DNA of 34,819 nucleotides from Arcobacter sp. (GTDB lineage Bacteria; Campylobacterota; Campylobacteria; Campylobacterales; Arcobacteraceae): NCBI GenBank assembly GCA_016744485.1, contig JADGEG010000001.1, positions 1 to 34,819 of the forward strand, read 5' to 3'. Shown piece by piece: positions 7,895 to 16,908 of this stretch (position 1 is its first letter; each line of letters starts with the position of its first letter). The notes under the pieces were generated by a model. It saw only the letters and a program-made list of their open reading frames with translations, ran no database searches and was not told where the DNA came from. The position numbers and the translations under genes were made by a program.

Positions 7895-7910
7895 TAAAAA
7901 AAGGTAAAAG

Positions 7911-8636
7911 ATGATTAATTATACTATAAATAATAATCAAAATTACGAAAATATATTAAAACACTTAAACATATTGTATATAGAAGATGAGACAAACATA
8001 AGAAATAATATAAGCAAAACATTAGAAATGTTCGTAAGCAATGTTTTTTCTTTTGAAAATACTGAAAATGTCGACTTAATATTTAAGAATAAAAGAATTG
8101 ATATTATTATTACAGATATTAATTTACCATATAAAGACGGTATAACATTTGCACAAGAAATAAGAAAAATTGATTCAAATATACCAATTATTTTATTAAC
8201 TGCATATACAGATACAAAGTATTTACTTAAAGCTACAAAATTAAAATTAATAGATTATTTAACAAAACCTATTGATTTTAAAACACTGCAAAAAGCATTA
8301 CATAATTGTGTAAAAGACATAGTAGAAAATTCAAGATATATAATAGAATTTCCTAATAATATCTCCTACAATGTATTAAATAAAGAATTATTTGATACAA
8401 AAAATCAAAAAATAGTATCTTTAAGTACTAAAGAATTATCTTTATTAGAATACTTTATTAAACATCATAATAGAGTGATAAGTCATGAAGAGTTCAAAGA
8501 CAATATCTGGAGTGATAATATAGACTATGCTAGCGATGCTGCTTTAAAAAACATCTTAACGAAACTTAGAAAAAAAATTGGAAAAGATAGTATTAAAAAT
8601 ATTTCAGGAGTTGGTTTTAAAATACATACTATATAA
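7911..8636 (+). CDS. OmpR/PhoB-family response regulator (receiver plus winged-helix DNA-binding domain)
   Basis: Receiver residues are present: acidic pair in LYIEDE, phospho-acceptor in IIITDINLP, T in LLTAYTD, K in LTKPIDF. C-terminal Trans_reg_C pattern LSTKELSLLEYFIKHHNRVISHEEF...LRKKIG...ISGVGFKI. Confidence 0.9.
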   Translation: MINYTINNNQNYENILKHLNILYIEDETNIRNNISKTLEMFVSNVFSFENTENVDLIFKNKRIDIIITDINLPYKDGITFAQEIRKIDSNIPIILLTAYTDTKYLLKATKLKLIDYLTKPIDFKTLQKALHNCVKDIVENSRYIIEFPNNISYNVLNKELFDTKNQKIVSLSTKELSLLEYFIKHHNRVISHEEFKDNIWSDNIDYASDAALKNILTKLRKKIGKDSIKNISGVGFKIHTI

Positions 8637-8670
8637 GCTTTTTTACAATATTGCTTTTAAGTATGCTTTA

Positions 8671-8679
8671 TGTTAAAAT
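8671..8679 (+). promoter_or_regulatory. Candidate extended -10 box (TGtTAAAAT) upstream of rimO
   Basis: tgttaaaat lies 22 nt upstream of the rimO ATG. That spacing implies a very short leader, so support is weak. Confidence 0.3.
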
Positions 8680-8700
8680 CTCAAAAATATTAGGCCATAC

Positions 8701-10038
8701 ATGAAATTATTTACACAACACCATAAAACTTTACATTTAGTATCTTTAGGCTGTACAAAAAACTTAGTTGATTCAGAAGTTATGTTAGATAAATTGCACG
8801 ATTACAAATTAATAGATGATGCAAATATTGCTGATGTAATTATTGTTAATACCTGTGGTTTTATATCTAGTGCTAAAGAAGAAAGTATTAATACAATTTT
8901 AAACTTACATAGTCTTAGAAAAAAAGATTCTATTTTAGTAATGGCAGGATGTTTAAGTCAAAGATATAAAGATGAACTTCAAAATGAATTAAGTGAAGTT
9001 GATATTTTTACAGGAGTTGGTGACTACTCACAAATTGACAAACTTCTAGAAGAAAAAAAATCAAAATTCTCAAATAAGGTTTTTTTAGCATCTCATGCTA
9101 ATAATAGAGTAATAACTTCTTCTAATTATCATGCTTATATAAAAATAAGTGAAGGCTGTAATCAGACTTGTTCTTTTTGTGCAATTCCAAGTTTTAAAGG
9201 AAAACTATATTCAAGAACATTATCTTCTATAGTAAAAGAAATTAAAATTTTAGTTTCTAAAGGATATGTTGATTTTACTTTTGTTTCACAAGATTCTTCA
9301 TCTTTTTTAAAAGATTTAAATATTAAAGATGGTTTAGAAAAACTAATAGATGAAGTAGATAAAATAGAAGGCATTAAGAGTGCAAGAATTTTATACCTAT
9401 ATCCATCAACTACAAAACTTGCTTTAATTGAAAAAATCAAAAATTCTTTGATTTTTGAAAACTATTTTGATATGCCTTTACAGCATATATCTTCTAAAAT
9501 GTTAAAACTTATGAAAAGAGGAAAAGGTGTTGAAAAATTAAATGAATTAATGCAAAGTATGAAAAATGTTGAAAACTCTTTTCTACGAACAACATTTATT
9601 GTAGGACATCCTGAAGAAAACGAAGAAGATTTTGATATTTTATGTAAATATGTAGAAGATTTTAAATTTGATAGAGCAAATGTATTTTCTTATTCAGATG
9701 AAGAAGATACAAATGCTTTTTTAAATATAAATAAAATACCACAAAATATAATAGATAAAAGAGCTGATATTTTAGGTGAAATTATTAAACAAAATACTCT
9801 TTTATCTTTAGAAAATGAAGTCAACAAAGAATGTACAGTATACATAGACAAAGTAAGTGATGAGCATGAATATTTACTAAGTGCAAGGAAAACACTTTGG
9901 GCTCCTGATATTGATGGTGAAATTTATATAAATGATAACAATACTACTGAAGAATTAAAGTTTGGAAAAAGATATAAAGTAAAAATAACTGAAGTTGTAG
10001 GGGATAAACTTTTAGCAACTGCTCTTGAGTTATGCTAA
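8701..10038 (+). CDS. rimO: Ribosomal protein S12 methylthiotransferase (radical SAM MTTase)
   Basis: N-terminal MTTase motif LVSLGCTKNLVDSEVM, radical-SAM CNQTCSFCAIP, C-terminal TRAM-like region. Length of 445 aa is typical. Confidence 0.88.
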   Translation: MKLFTQHHKTLHLVSLGCTKNLVDSEVMLDKLHDYKLIDDANIADVIIVNTCGFISSAKEESINTILNLHSLRKKDSILVMAGCLSQRYKDELQNELSEVDIFTGVGDYSQIDKLLEEKKSKFSNKVFLASHANNRVITSSNYHAYIKISEGCNQTCSFCAIPSFKGKLYSRTLSSIVKEIKILVSKGYVDFTFVSQDSSSFLKDLNIKDGLEKLIDEVDKIEGIKSARILYLYPSTTKLALIEKIKNSLIFENYFDMPLQHISSKMLKLMKRGKGVEKLNELMQSMKNVENSFLRTTFIVGHPEENEEDFDILCKYVEDFKFDRANVFSYSDEEDTNAFLNINKIPQNIIDKRADILGEIIKQNTLLSLENEVNKECTVYIDKVSDEHEYLLSARKTLWAPDIDGEIYINDNNTTEELKFGKRYKVKITEVVGDKLLATALELC

Positions 10039-11039
10039 ATACTCTTAAAAAGTCTAAAAACCTTTTAGCTTTTTCAGCAGGTATTGATTCAACTGCACTT
10101 TTTTTTATTCTTTTAGAAAAAAATATTCCTTTTGATATAGCACTAGTAAATTATAATACAAGAACACAAGCAAAAGAAGAAGTAAAATATGCAAAAAAAT
10201 TGGCTTTAAAATATAATAAGAAATGTTTTATAAAAAATGTTTATATAAAAGACTCTAATTTTGAAAAAAATGCAAGAGATATAAGATATAGTTTTTTTGA
10301 AGAACTTATTTATAAATATTCTTATTCTTCTTTATTAACAGCTCATCAATTAGATGATAGTTTTGAATGGTTTTTAATGCAATTAAGCAAAGGGGCAGGC
10401 TTGAGTGAACTTTTAGGTTTTCAAGCTTCATCTTCTAGAAAAAATTATACCTTATATAAACCATTATTACACAAATCAAAACAAGAATTAAAATCTTTTT
10501 TAGATAAGAATAAAATAAAATATTTTATAGATAATTCAAACTTTGATACAAAATTTACAAGAAATAAAATGCGTCATAATTTTTCAAATAAATTTTTAAA
10601 AGAATATAAAAATGGGGTATTAAAATCTTTTGAATACTTAAACAATGATTTGAATTCTCTAAATATTAATATGCAATATATTTTTAAGGCAAAAGAACTA
10701 GAACTTTTTAAAACAAATGAAGACGATAACTTAAATATAAGAGTGATCGATAGAAATTTAAAAAAAAGAGGTTTTTTAATCTCAAAAAAACAAAGAGATG
10801 AAATAATAAAACAAAGACAATTAGTCATTTCTAATAAAATATCAATTTGTATAAAGAAAACTTATATTTGGATTTGTCCTTATGAAACGAATTTTATGAA
10901 TAAAATATTTAAAGAAAAATGTAGAATTCTTAAAATACCTTCAAATATAAGAGCATATATATACAAAGAAGATATTTTAGATAAACTTGAAATATTAAAC
11001 CAAAAAACAATACTAATAAATAAAGATGAGAATTCATGA
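10032..11039 (+). CDS. tilS: tRNA(Ile)-lysidine synthetase (short form)
   Basis: PP-loop motif [13 protein letters not shown], then [22 protein letters not shown]. Overlaps rimO by 7 nt and uvrB by 4 nt (ATGA). Confidence 0.85.
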   Translation: MLNTLKKSKNLLAFSAGIDSTALFFILLEKNIPFDIALVNYNTRTQAKEEVKYAKKLALKYNKKCFIKNVYIKDSNFEKNARDIRYSFFEELIYKYSYSSLLTAHQLDDSFEWFLMQLSKGAGLSELLGFQASSSRKNYTLYKPLLHKSKQELKSFLDKNKIKYFIDNSNFDTKFTRNKMRHNFSNKFLKEYKNGVLKSFEYLNNDLNSLNINMQYIFKAKELELFKTNEDDNLNIRVIDRNLKKRGFLISKKQRDEIIKQRQLVISNKISICIKKTYIWICPYETNFMNKIFKEKCRILKIPSNIRAYIYKEDILDKLEILNQKTILINKDENS

Positions 11040-13009
11040 CAAAGTTTAAAATTGTAAGTGACTATTCACCAGCTGGTGATCAACCAGAGGCTATAAAAAA
11101 ATTAAGTGATTCAATATTAAGTGGCAATCAATACAACACTCTAAAAGGTGTAACAGGCTCTGGTAAAACTTATACAATGGCAAAAGTTATTGAAAAAACA
11201 CAAAAACCTACACTTATTATGACTCATAATAAAACACTAGCTGCTCAGTTATACTCAGAGTTCAAACAATTTTTTCCAAATAATCATGTTGAATATTTTA
11301 TTTCTTATTATGATTATTATCAACCAGAAGCTTATATACCAAGATCTGATTTGTTCATTGAAAAAGATAGCTCAATTAATGAAGAGTTAGAAAGATTAAG
11401 ACTTTCAACTACTTCATCACTTTTATCTTTTGATGATGTTATTGTAATTGCTTCAGTATCTGCAAATTATGGTTTAGGAAATCCAGAAGAATATAAAAAA
11501 ATGGTTCAAAAACTTGAAGTTGGTTTTGAATATTCTCAACGTGCCTTACTTTTAAAACTTGTAGAAATGGGTTATAAACGAAATGATAAGTTTTTTGATA
11601 GATCTGATTTTAGAGTAAATGGCGATGTTATTGATATTTATCCAGCTTACTGGGAAGATGAATTTATAAGAGTTGAGTTTTTTACTGATGAGGTTGAAAG
11701 TATTACCAAACATCAATATTTAACAAATGAAAAAAATCAAAAAATACAAGAAGTGACTATTTATTCTGTTAATCCTTTTGTTGTTTCAAATGATAAATTA
11801 GCAATTGCAGTTAAATTAATAGAAGAAGAATTAGCTCTTCGTTTAGCTTTTTTAAAAAAAGAAGAAAAATTAGTTGAGCATCAACGCCTAAAGCAAAGAG
11901 TTGAATTTGATTTAGAAATGATTGAAGGTACTGGTATGTGTAAAGGAATTGAAAACTATGCCAGATATTTAACAGGACAAGAAGCAGGGCAAACACCTTA
12001 TTCCCTCATGAATTATTTTGAACAAATTGGAAAAGATTTTTTATTAATAGTAGATGAATCTCATGTATCTTTGCCTCAATTTAGAGGAATGCATGCAGCT
12101 GATAGAAGCAGAAAAGAAACTTTAGTTGAGTATGGGTTTAGACTTCCTTCAGCATTAGACAATAGACCTTTAAAATTTGATGAATTTATAAAAAAAGCTC
12201 CAAATTTTTTATTTGTAAGTGCAACTCCAAATGAGTTAGAGCTTGACTTATCAAGCCAAATAGCTGAACAAATTATAAGACCAACTGGACTTTTAGATCC
12301 TACAATTGAAATTATGGACTCAGAGTTTCAGGTTGAAAAACTACATGATGAAATAAAAAAAGTAGCTTTAAAAAATGAAAGAGTATTAGTTACAGTTTTA
12401 ACTAAAAAAATGGCAGAAGAATTAACATCTTATTATGCTGATTTAGGTATAAAAATAAAATATATGCACAGTGATATAGATGCTATTCAAAGAAATCAAA
12501 TTATTAGAGAGTTAAGGTTGGGGGAATTTGATGTTTTAGTTGGAATTAACTTATTAAGAGAAGGTTTAGATATTCCAGAAACTTCATTAGTAGCTATTTT
12601 AGATGCAGATAAAGAAGGATTTTTAAGAAGTAAAACATCTTTAATTCAAACCATGGGAAGAGGGGCAAGAAATGAAAATGGACGTGTTATTTTATTTGCA
12701 AAAAGAATTACAGCTTCCATGCAGTTTGCAATTGATGAAACAAATAGAAAAAGAAAGATACAAGAAGAATATAATATAAAATATAGAATAACTCCTACAA
12801 GTACAAAAAGAAAGTTAGATGGTAGTCTAAAACTTGAAGAATATGATGACTTAGCATGGAAAAAAGTAAAAATTGAAAAAATGCCAGCAAGTGAGAGAAA
12901 GAAAATTTTAATTGAACTAAATGCTAAGATGAAAAAAGCAGCTCATGATTTACAGTTTGAAGAAGCTATAAGATTACGAGATGAAATAGAAAAAATAAAA
13001 AAAATATAG
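11036..13009 (+). CDS. uvrB: Excinuclease ABC subunit B
   Basis: [11 protein letters not shown], Walker [20 protein letters not shown], and the C-terminal UVR motif [13 protein letters not shown]. 657 aa. Confidence 0.97.
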   Translation: MTKFKIVSDYSPAGDQPEAIKKLSDSILSGNQYNTLKGVTGSGKTYTMAKVIEKTQKPTLIMTHNKTLAAQLYSEFKQFFPNNHVEYFISYYDYYQPEAYIPRSDLFIEKDSSINEELERLRLSTTSSLLSFDDVIVIASVSANYGLGNPEEYKKMVQKLEVGFEYSQRALLLKLVEMGYKRNDKFFDRSDFRVNGDVIDIYPAYWEDEFIRVEFFTDEVESITKHQYLTNEKNQKIQEVTIYSVNPFVVSNDKLAIAVKLIEEELALRLAFLKKEEKLVEHQRLKQRVEFDLEMIEGTGMCKGIENYARYLTGQEAGQTPYSLMNYFEQIGKDFLLIVDESHVSLPQFRGMHAADRSRKETLVEYGFRLPSALDNRPLKFDEFIKKAPNFLFVSATPNELELDLSSQIAEQIIRPTGLLDPTIEIMDSEFQVEKLHDEIKKVALKNERVLVTVLTKKMAEELTSYYADLGIKIKYMHSDIDAIQRNQIIRELRLGEFDVLVGINLLREGLDIPETSLVAILDADKEGFLRSKTSLIQTMGRGARNENGRVILFAKRITASMQFAIDETNRKRKIQEEYNIKYRITPTSTKRKLDGSLKLEEYDDLAWKKVKIEKMPASERKKILIELNAKMKKAAHDLQFEEAIRLRDEIEKIKKI

Positions 13010-13103
13010 GCTTTAATATTGCAATAGTAAACTAAAGTTATTTTCATAATTTAAATAATACAAGATAAAACTAGTACATTAAGCCTAAGTTAGATAAATA
13101 AGT

Positions 13104-13967
13104 TCACTCTTTAAGAGCATTTAATATATTAATAAGCTGTAGTGGGTCTACAGTAATACCATGAAGTTTCATAGTAAAATGTAAATGTGGACCAGTAACT
13201 CGACCAGAACTACCACTAAGTGCAATAATATTACCTCGTTTTACTTTTTGATTTTTTTTAACATAAAATTTACTCAAATGAAAATAACAGCTATAAAGTC
13301 CTTGTCCGTGGTCTATTATGATAGAACCTCCTGCATAAAATCTATTTTTAACAAGTTTAACTATTCCATCATTACTAGCATAAATATTTTCACCCACTTT
13401 AGCTTTATAATCAATACCACTATGGTATGATTTTATTTTTTTATTATAAACTCTTTTTGTTCCAAAAGGACTTGTTACTTTAGAGGTGATTGGTTTTATA
13501 AAATCTTTTGTCCATAATATTTTACTTGAGCTTTGTTTATATATTTTTACAGCTTCTATATATTCTTTTTGTGTTCTTTTTTTATCTTTTACATTTAAGC
13601 TAACTTTTGATTTTGCTACTTTGATAATCTCACTTTTATACTTTCCTTTTATTACATTAAAACTAATTCCTTTAAAATGTTTATTATTATTTTTTATATA
13701 AGAGATAATAATTTTATGTTTTTTATAAGAGGTATAATAAGAAATAGGCACAAGTGCATAAAGTTGGTCTTTTTTAAAAGGATTTTTATAAAAATTTATA
13801 TTTAATGTTTTAAAGGATAATTTAGCATTTAAAATATTTTTGTCATTTATTAACAATAAGATACTTTGTGCATTTTTTACATATTTACTTGAAATATTAA
13901 TTTTAATATCAGAAGAATAAAGTGAAGAACAAGATAATAAAAAAGCTAATAAATATTTATAAATCAT
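13104..13967 (-). CDS. M23-family (LytM-type) peptidoglycan metallo-endopeptidase, secreted or possibly a lipoprotein
   Basis: Signal peptide with a possible lipobox (FLLSC). Zn-binding motifs HSGIDY and GPHLHF. Confidence 0.88.
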   Translation of the reverse strand: MIYKYLLAFLLSCSSLYSSDIKINISSKYVKNAQSILLLINDKNILNAKLSFKTLNINFYKNPFKKDQLYALVPISYYTSYKKHKIIISYIKNNNKHFKGISFNVIKGKYKSEIIKVAKSKVSLNVKDKKRTQKEYIEAVKIYKQSSSKILWTKDFIKPITSKVTSPFGTKRVYNKKIKSYHSGIDYKAKVGENIYASNDGIVKLVKNRFYAGGSIIIDHGQGLYSCYFHLSKFYVKKNQKVKRGNIIALSGSSGRVTGPHLHFTMKLHGITVDPLQLINILNALKE

Positions 13968-14028
13968 ATAAAATTGTATCCTAATAATGTATAAAACTCA
14001 TAATTTATGAATTTTTTTATTTCAAACT

Positions 14029-14037
14029 TGATATAAT
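14029..14037 (+). promoter_or_regulatory. Candidate extended -10 box (TGaTATAAT) upstream of the yebC-family gene
   Basis: tgatataat lies 26 nt upstream of ATG 14063. GGAG RBS at 14054-14057. Confidence 0.4.
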
Positions 14038-14062
14038 GGCATAAAAAATGAATGGAGTTTTT

Positions 14063-14773
14063 ATGGGTAGAGCTTTTGAATACAGAAAAGCATCAAAATT
14101 AAAAAGATGGGGTACAATGTCAAGAGTGTTTCCAAAGCTTTCAAAAGCTATTGAAATGGCAGCAAGAGCAGGAGTTCCTGACCCTGAGATGAATTCAGCT
14201 TTAAGAACAGCTATTTTAAATGCAAAAGCTGAAAATATGCCAAAAACTAATATTGAGGCAGCTATAAAAAGAGCCAGTGCAAAAGATGCTAGTAATTTTG
14301 CAGAAGTTAATTTTGAGGGTAAAGGTCCTTATGGTTCTTTAATTTTTGTTGAAAGTGCAACAAACAACAATACAAGAACAGTAGCAAATATTAAGATGTA
14401 TTTTTCAAGAAATGCTGGAACATTAGCGCCTACTGGTTCATTAGAATTTATGTTTGATAGAAAAGCTATTTTTGAATTTAATAAAACTACTAATATGGAT
14501 TTAGAAGAAATAGAACTAGAATTAATAGACTTTGGATTAGAAGAGATAGAAGAAGAAGATGGAATAGTTTTAGCAAGTGCTGATTATAAAGATTTTGGAA
14601 CTTTAAATACAGCTTTTGAAACATTAGGAATAAAGCTTATAAAAGCAAAACTTGAAAGAATTTCAAATAATCCTCAAAATTTTACACAAGAACAACAAGA
14701 TGAAATAGGAAAACTATTAGAAAAACTTTATGAAGATGATGATGTTCAAGCAGTTTATACAAATATAGCATAA
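14063..14773 (+). CDS. YebC/PmpR-family DNA-binding transcriptional regulator
   Basis: MGRAFEYRKASKLKRWG... is the canonical N-terminus. I moved the start from 14048 to ATG 14063 because GGAG sits 5 nt upstream of it. Confidence 0.9.
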   Translation: MGRAFEYRKASKLKRWGTMSRVFPKLSKAIEMAARAGVPDPEMNSALRTAILNAKAENMPKTNIEAAIKRASAKDASNFAEVNFEGKGPYGSLIFVESATNNNTRTVANIKMYFSRNAGTLAPTGSLEFMFDRKAIFEFNKTTNMDLEEIELELIDFGLEEIEEEDGIVLASADYKDFGTLNTAFETLGIKLIKAKLERISNNPQNFTQEQQDEIGKLLEKLYEDDDVQAVYTNIA

Positions 14774-14831
14774 ATCATATAACAATTAAAAGCCTAAAAA
14801 ACTGAATATATATTAAATATGATATGTTAAT

Positions 14832-15695
14832 TTATTTCAAACAAATAGGTACATGAAAATCTACTTGAAATGTTTTGTTATTAATAAAATGATTTTTATG
14901 ATATATGCAATATGATGGTAAAGTTAGAGCTTCGTATTGACTTTTTGGTAACCATATATGGTATACATATGCTATAAGGTTAAAAATATCTCCATATTCT
15001 CCTGAAGCTGAAAATACGGCACATAGACTCTTGGGATATTCTAATAAAGAAATACCATGGCTTTCAATAAATTTTTTATCAATTTCAATACCAGCTATAT
15101 ATTGGCATAAATCATGCTTTACTAATAAAGGATTATCATGATGCAGTCCTATTTGAACTAAAGAATTAAGATCATGTTCATAAGCAAAAGCTAAAAGTTT
15201 ATTCCAAGTATCACTAATAGACTTATCATATCCTGTATGTCTAATATAAGCATAATATTTTTTATCTATTATTTTAATACAAGGATTTGTATTTTTAAAT
15301 TTATTAAGGTTTACATGTTGATTTTGCAATATATTTTGTGACAATTCTTTATATCCAAATGTTTTATACTCTAGAGGTGTAAAGATAAACTTTTTTTTAA
15401 AAGCTTTTATAAATGAGCTATGAGAAGAATATCCACACATATTAGCAATTTGACTTATTGTTGAATCTTTATTACTAAGTAATAAACTACTTGCTTTTTG
15501 TAATCTTATTGAAGTTATTTTATTAAATACTGTTTGATTTATTTCTTCTTTGAAAATTCTATGAAAATGATATTTACTAAGATTATTTAAAGAAGCTAGT
15601 TCATCTAAGGATATATTAGTATCAATATACTTATAAATATAAAATAATGTTTTATTAATAATACTTGTTCTTAAATGTTTTGTATTTTTTTTCAT
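14832..15695 (-). CDS. AraC-family transcriptional regulator with a C-terminal GyrI-like effector-binding domain
   Basis: N-terminal double HTH (LSKYHFHRIFKEE..., ISQIANMCGYSSHSSFIKAFKKKF). About 160-aa C-terminal domain of Rob/GyrI-like size and pattern. Confidence 0.82.
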   Translation of the reverse strand: MKKNTKHLRTSIINKTLFYIYKYIDTNISLDELASLNNLSKYHFHRIFKEEINQTVFNKITSIRLQKASSLLLSNKDSTISQIANMCGYSSHSSFIKAFKKKFIFTPLEYKTFGYKELSQNILQNQHVNLNKFKNTNPCIKIIDKKYYAYIRHTGYDKSISDTWNKLLAFAYEHDLNSLVQIGLHHDNPLLVKHDLCQYIAGIEIDKKFIESHGISLLEYPKSLCAVFSASGEYGDIFNLIAYVYHIWLPKSQYEALTLPSYCIYHKNHFINNKTFQVDFHVPICLK

Positions 15696-15813
15696 AAGTT
15701 ATGATAACAAAAAACAATAAAAAATAGCAATAAAAGACAATAAAAATGTTTTTTTAGATGAAGAGATTAATCTATATATTTCATATAATAAAGGAAAAAT
15801 CAAGGAAAATATA

Positions 15814-16908
15814 ATGAAAAGATCATATATTCGTGAAATATTAGATTCAATTAATGAAAATACTATTTCATTTGCAGGAGGTTTACCAAATAAAAAACTA
15901 TTCCCTTTAAAACAAATCAAGCAAGTAAGTTTAAAAGTTTTAGAAAATCCAGATTCTTTACAATACTCACAATCACAAGGTTTGGAAAAATTGCGTGAAG
16001 AAATTGCTAATATATATACAAATAAATTTAATTTTAAAACAAATAAAGAAGAAATTTTAATAACAACAGGAAGCCAACAAGCTTTTGATATAATTCTTAA
16101 AGCTTTTACAAGAGATGAAATAATAGTACAAAGTCCATCATATGTAGGAGCTATTGGAGCTTTTAAAGCATTAAAATTAAAAATCAATTCTTTTGAAAAA
16201 ATCAATCAACTAAAAAATACATTAAAACAGTCAAATATATTATATCTTATGAGTGATTTTCAAAATCCCAATACTAGATCTTATACTAAGAAAGAAAGAA
16301 TTACAATAGAACAAATCTTAAAAACAAAATCTTCTATTTTAATAGAAGATGGAGCATATTCTTTTTTAAGTTTTGATGGAAATATTTCACAAGCTATTTC
16401 TTCAAATTATAATAATTCTTTTCATTTAGGTACTTTTTCAAAAATCATTGCACCAGGATTAAGAGTTGGTTGGATTAGGGCAAAAAAAGAAAATATTCAA
16501 AAAATATTATTTGCTAAAGAAGCACTAGATTTACATACATCAACTCTAAATCAAATGATTATATGCGAATATTTAAATACTTATAATTTAGAAAAACATT
16601 TAAAAATCATAAGAGAAGATTATTATAAAAGAATGATATTCTTATCAAAATGTTTTAAAAAATTCATGCCTTATTTTAACTTTGAATTACCAAAAGGAGG
16701 TATGTTTATTTATGGTAAATTTAAAAATATTGATACTATGAACTTGGCTAAAAGAATGCAAAAATTTAATATTGCTTTTGTTCCTGCAACTGTATTTTAT
16801 CACGATGAAAGAAGAAGCAATGAAGCAAGATTTAATTTTACGAATTTATCTTATAGACAAATGTTAGTAGGTATTAAAAAGATAGCTAAATTTATAGAAA
16901 AAATATAA
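15814..16908 (+). CDS. PLP-dependent aminotransferase, class I/II fold (MocR/LysN-like catalytic domain without an HTH)
   Basis: IREILD...ISFAGGLPN...LQYSQSQGLEKLREEIA...ITTGSQQAFD, and PLP-lysine context GTFSKIIAPGLRVGWI. AAGGA RBS. The substrate cannot be assigned. Confidence 0.8.
   Translation: MKRSYIREILDSINENTISFAGGLPNKKLFPLKQIKQVSLKVLENPDSLQYSQSQGLEKLREEIANIYTNKFNFKTNKEEILITTGSQQAFDIILKAFTRDEIIVQSPSYVGAIGAFKALKLKINSFEKINQLKNTLKQSNILYLMSDFQNPNTRSYTKKERITIEQILKTKSSILIEDGAYSFLSFDGNISQAISSNYNNSFHLGTFSKIIAPGLRVGWIRAKKENIQKILFAKEALDLHTSTLNQMIICEYLNTYNLEKHLKIIREDYYKRMIFLSKCFKKFMPYFNFELPKGGMFIYGKFKNIDTMNLAKRMQKFNIAFVPATVFYHDERRSNEARFNFTNLSYRQMLVGIKKIAKFIEKI

Noticed and set aside
13010-13103. 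The convergent uvrB/M23 intergenic region (also 14774-14831), searched for terminator hairpins
   Set aside because: I could find no convincing GC-containing stem followed by a T-run by eye. I am not calling terminators there.
15699-16205. 168-aa minus-strand ORF from the supplied track
   Set aside because: It lies antisense to the well-supported aminotransferase gene and spans the AraC/aminotransferase promoter region. The composition is low-complexity and hydrophobic, typical of shadow ORFs in AT-rich DNA, with no recognisable motif.
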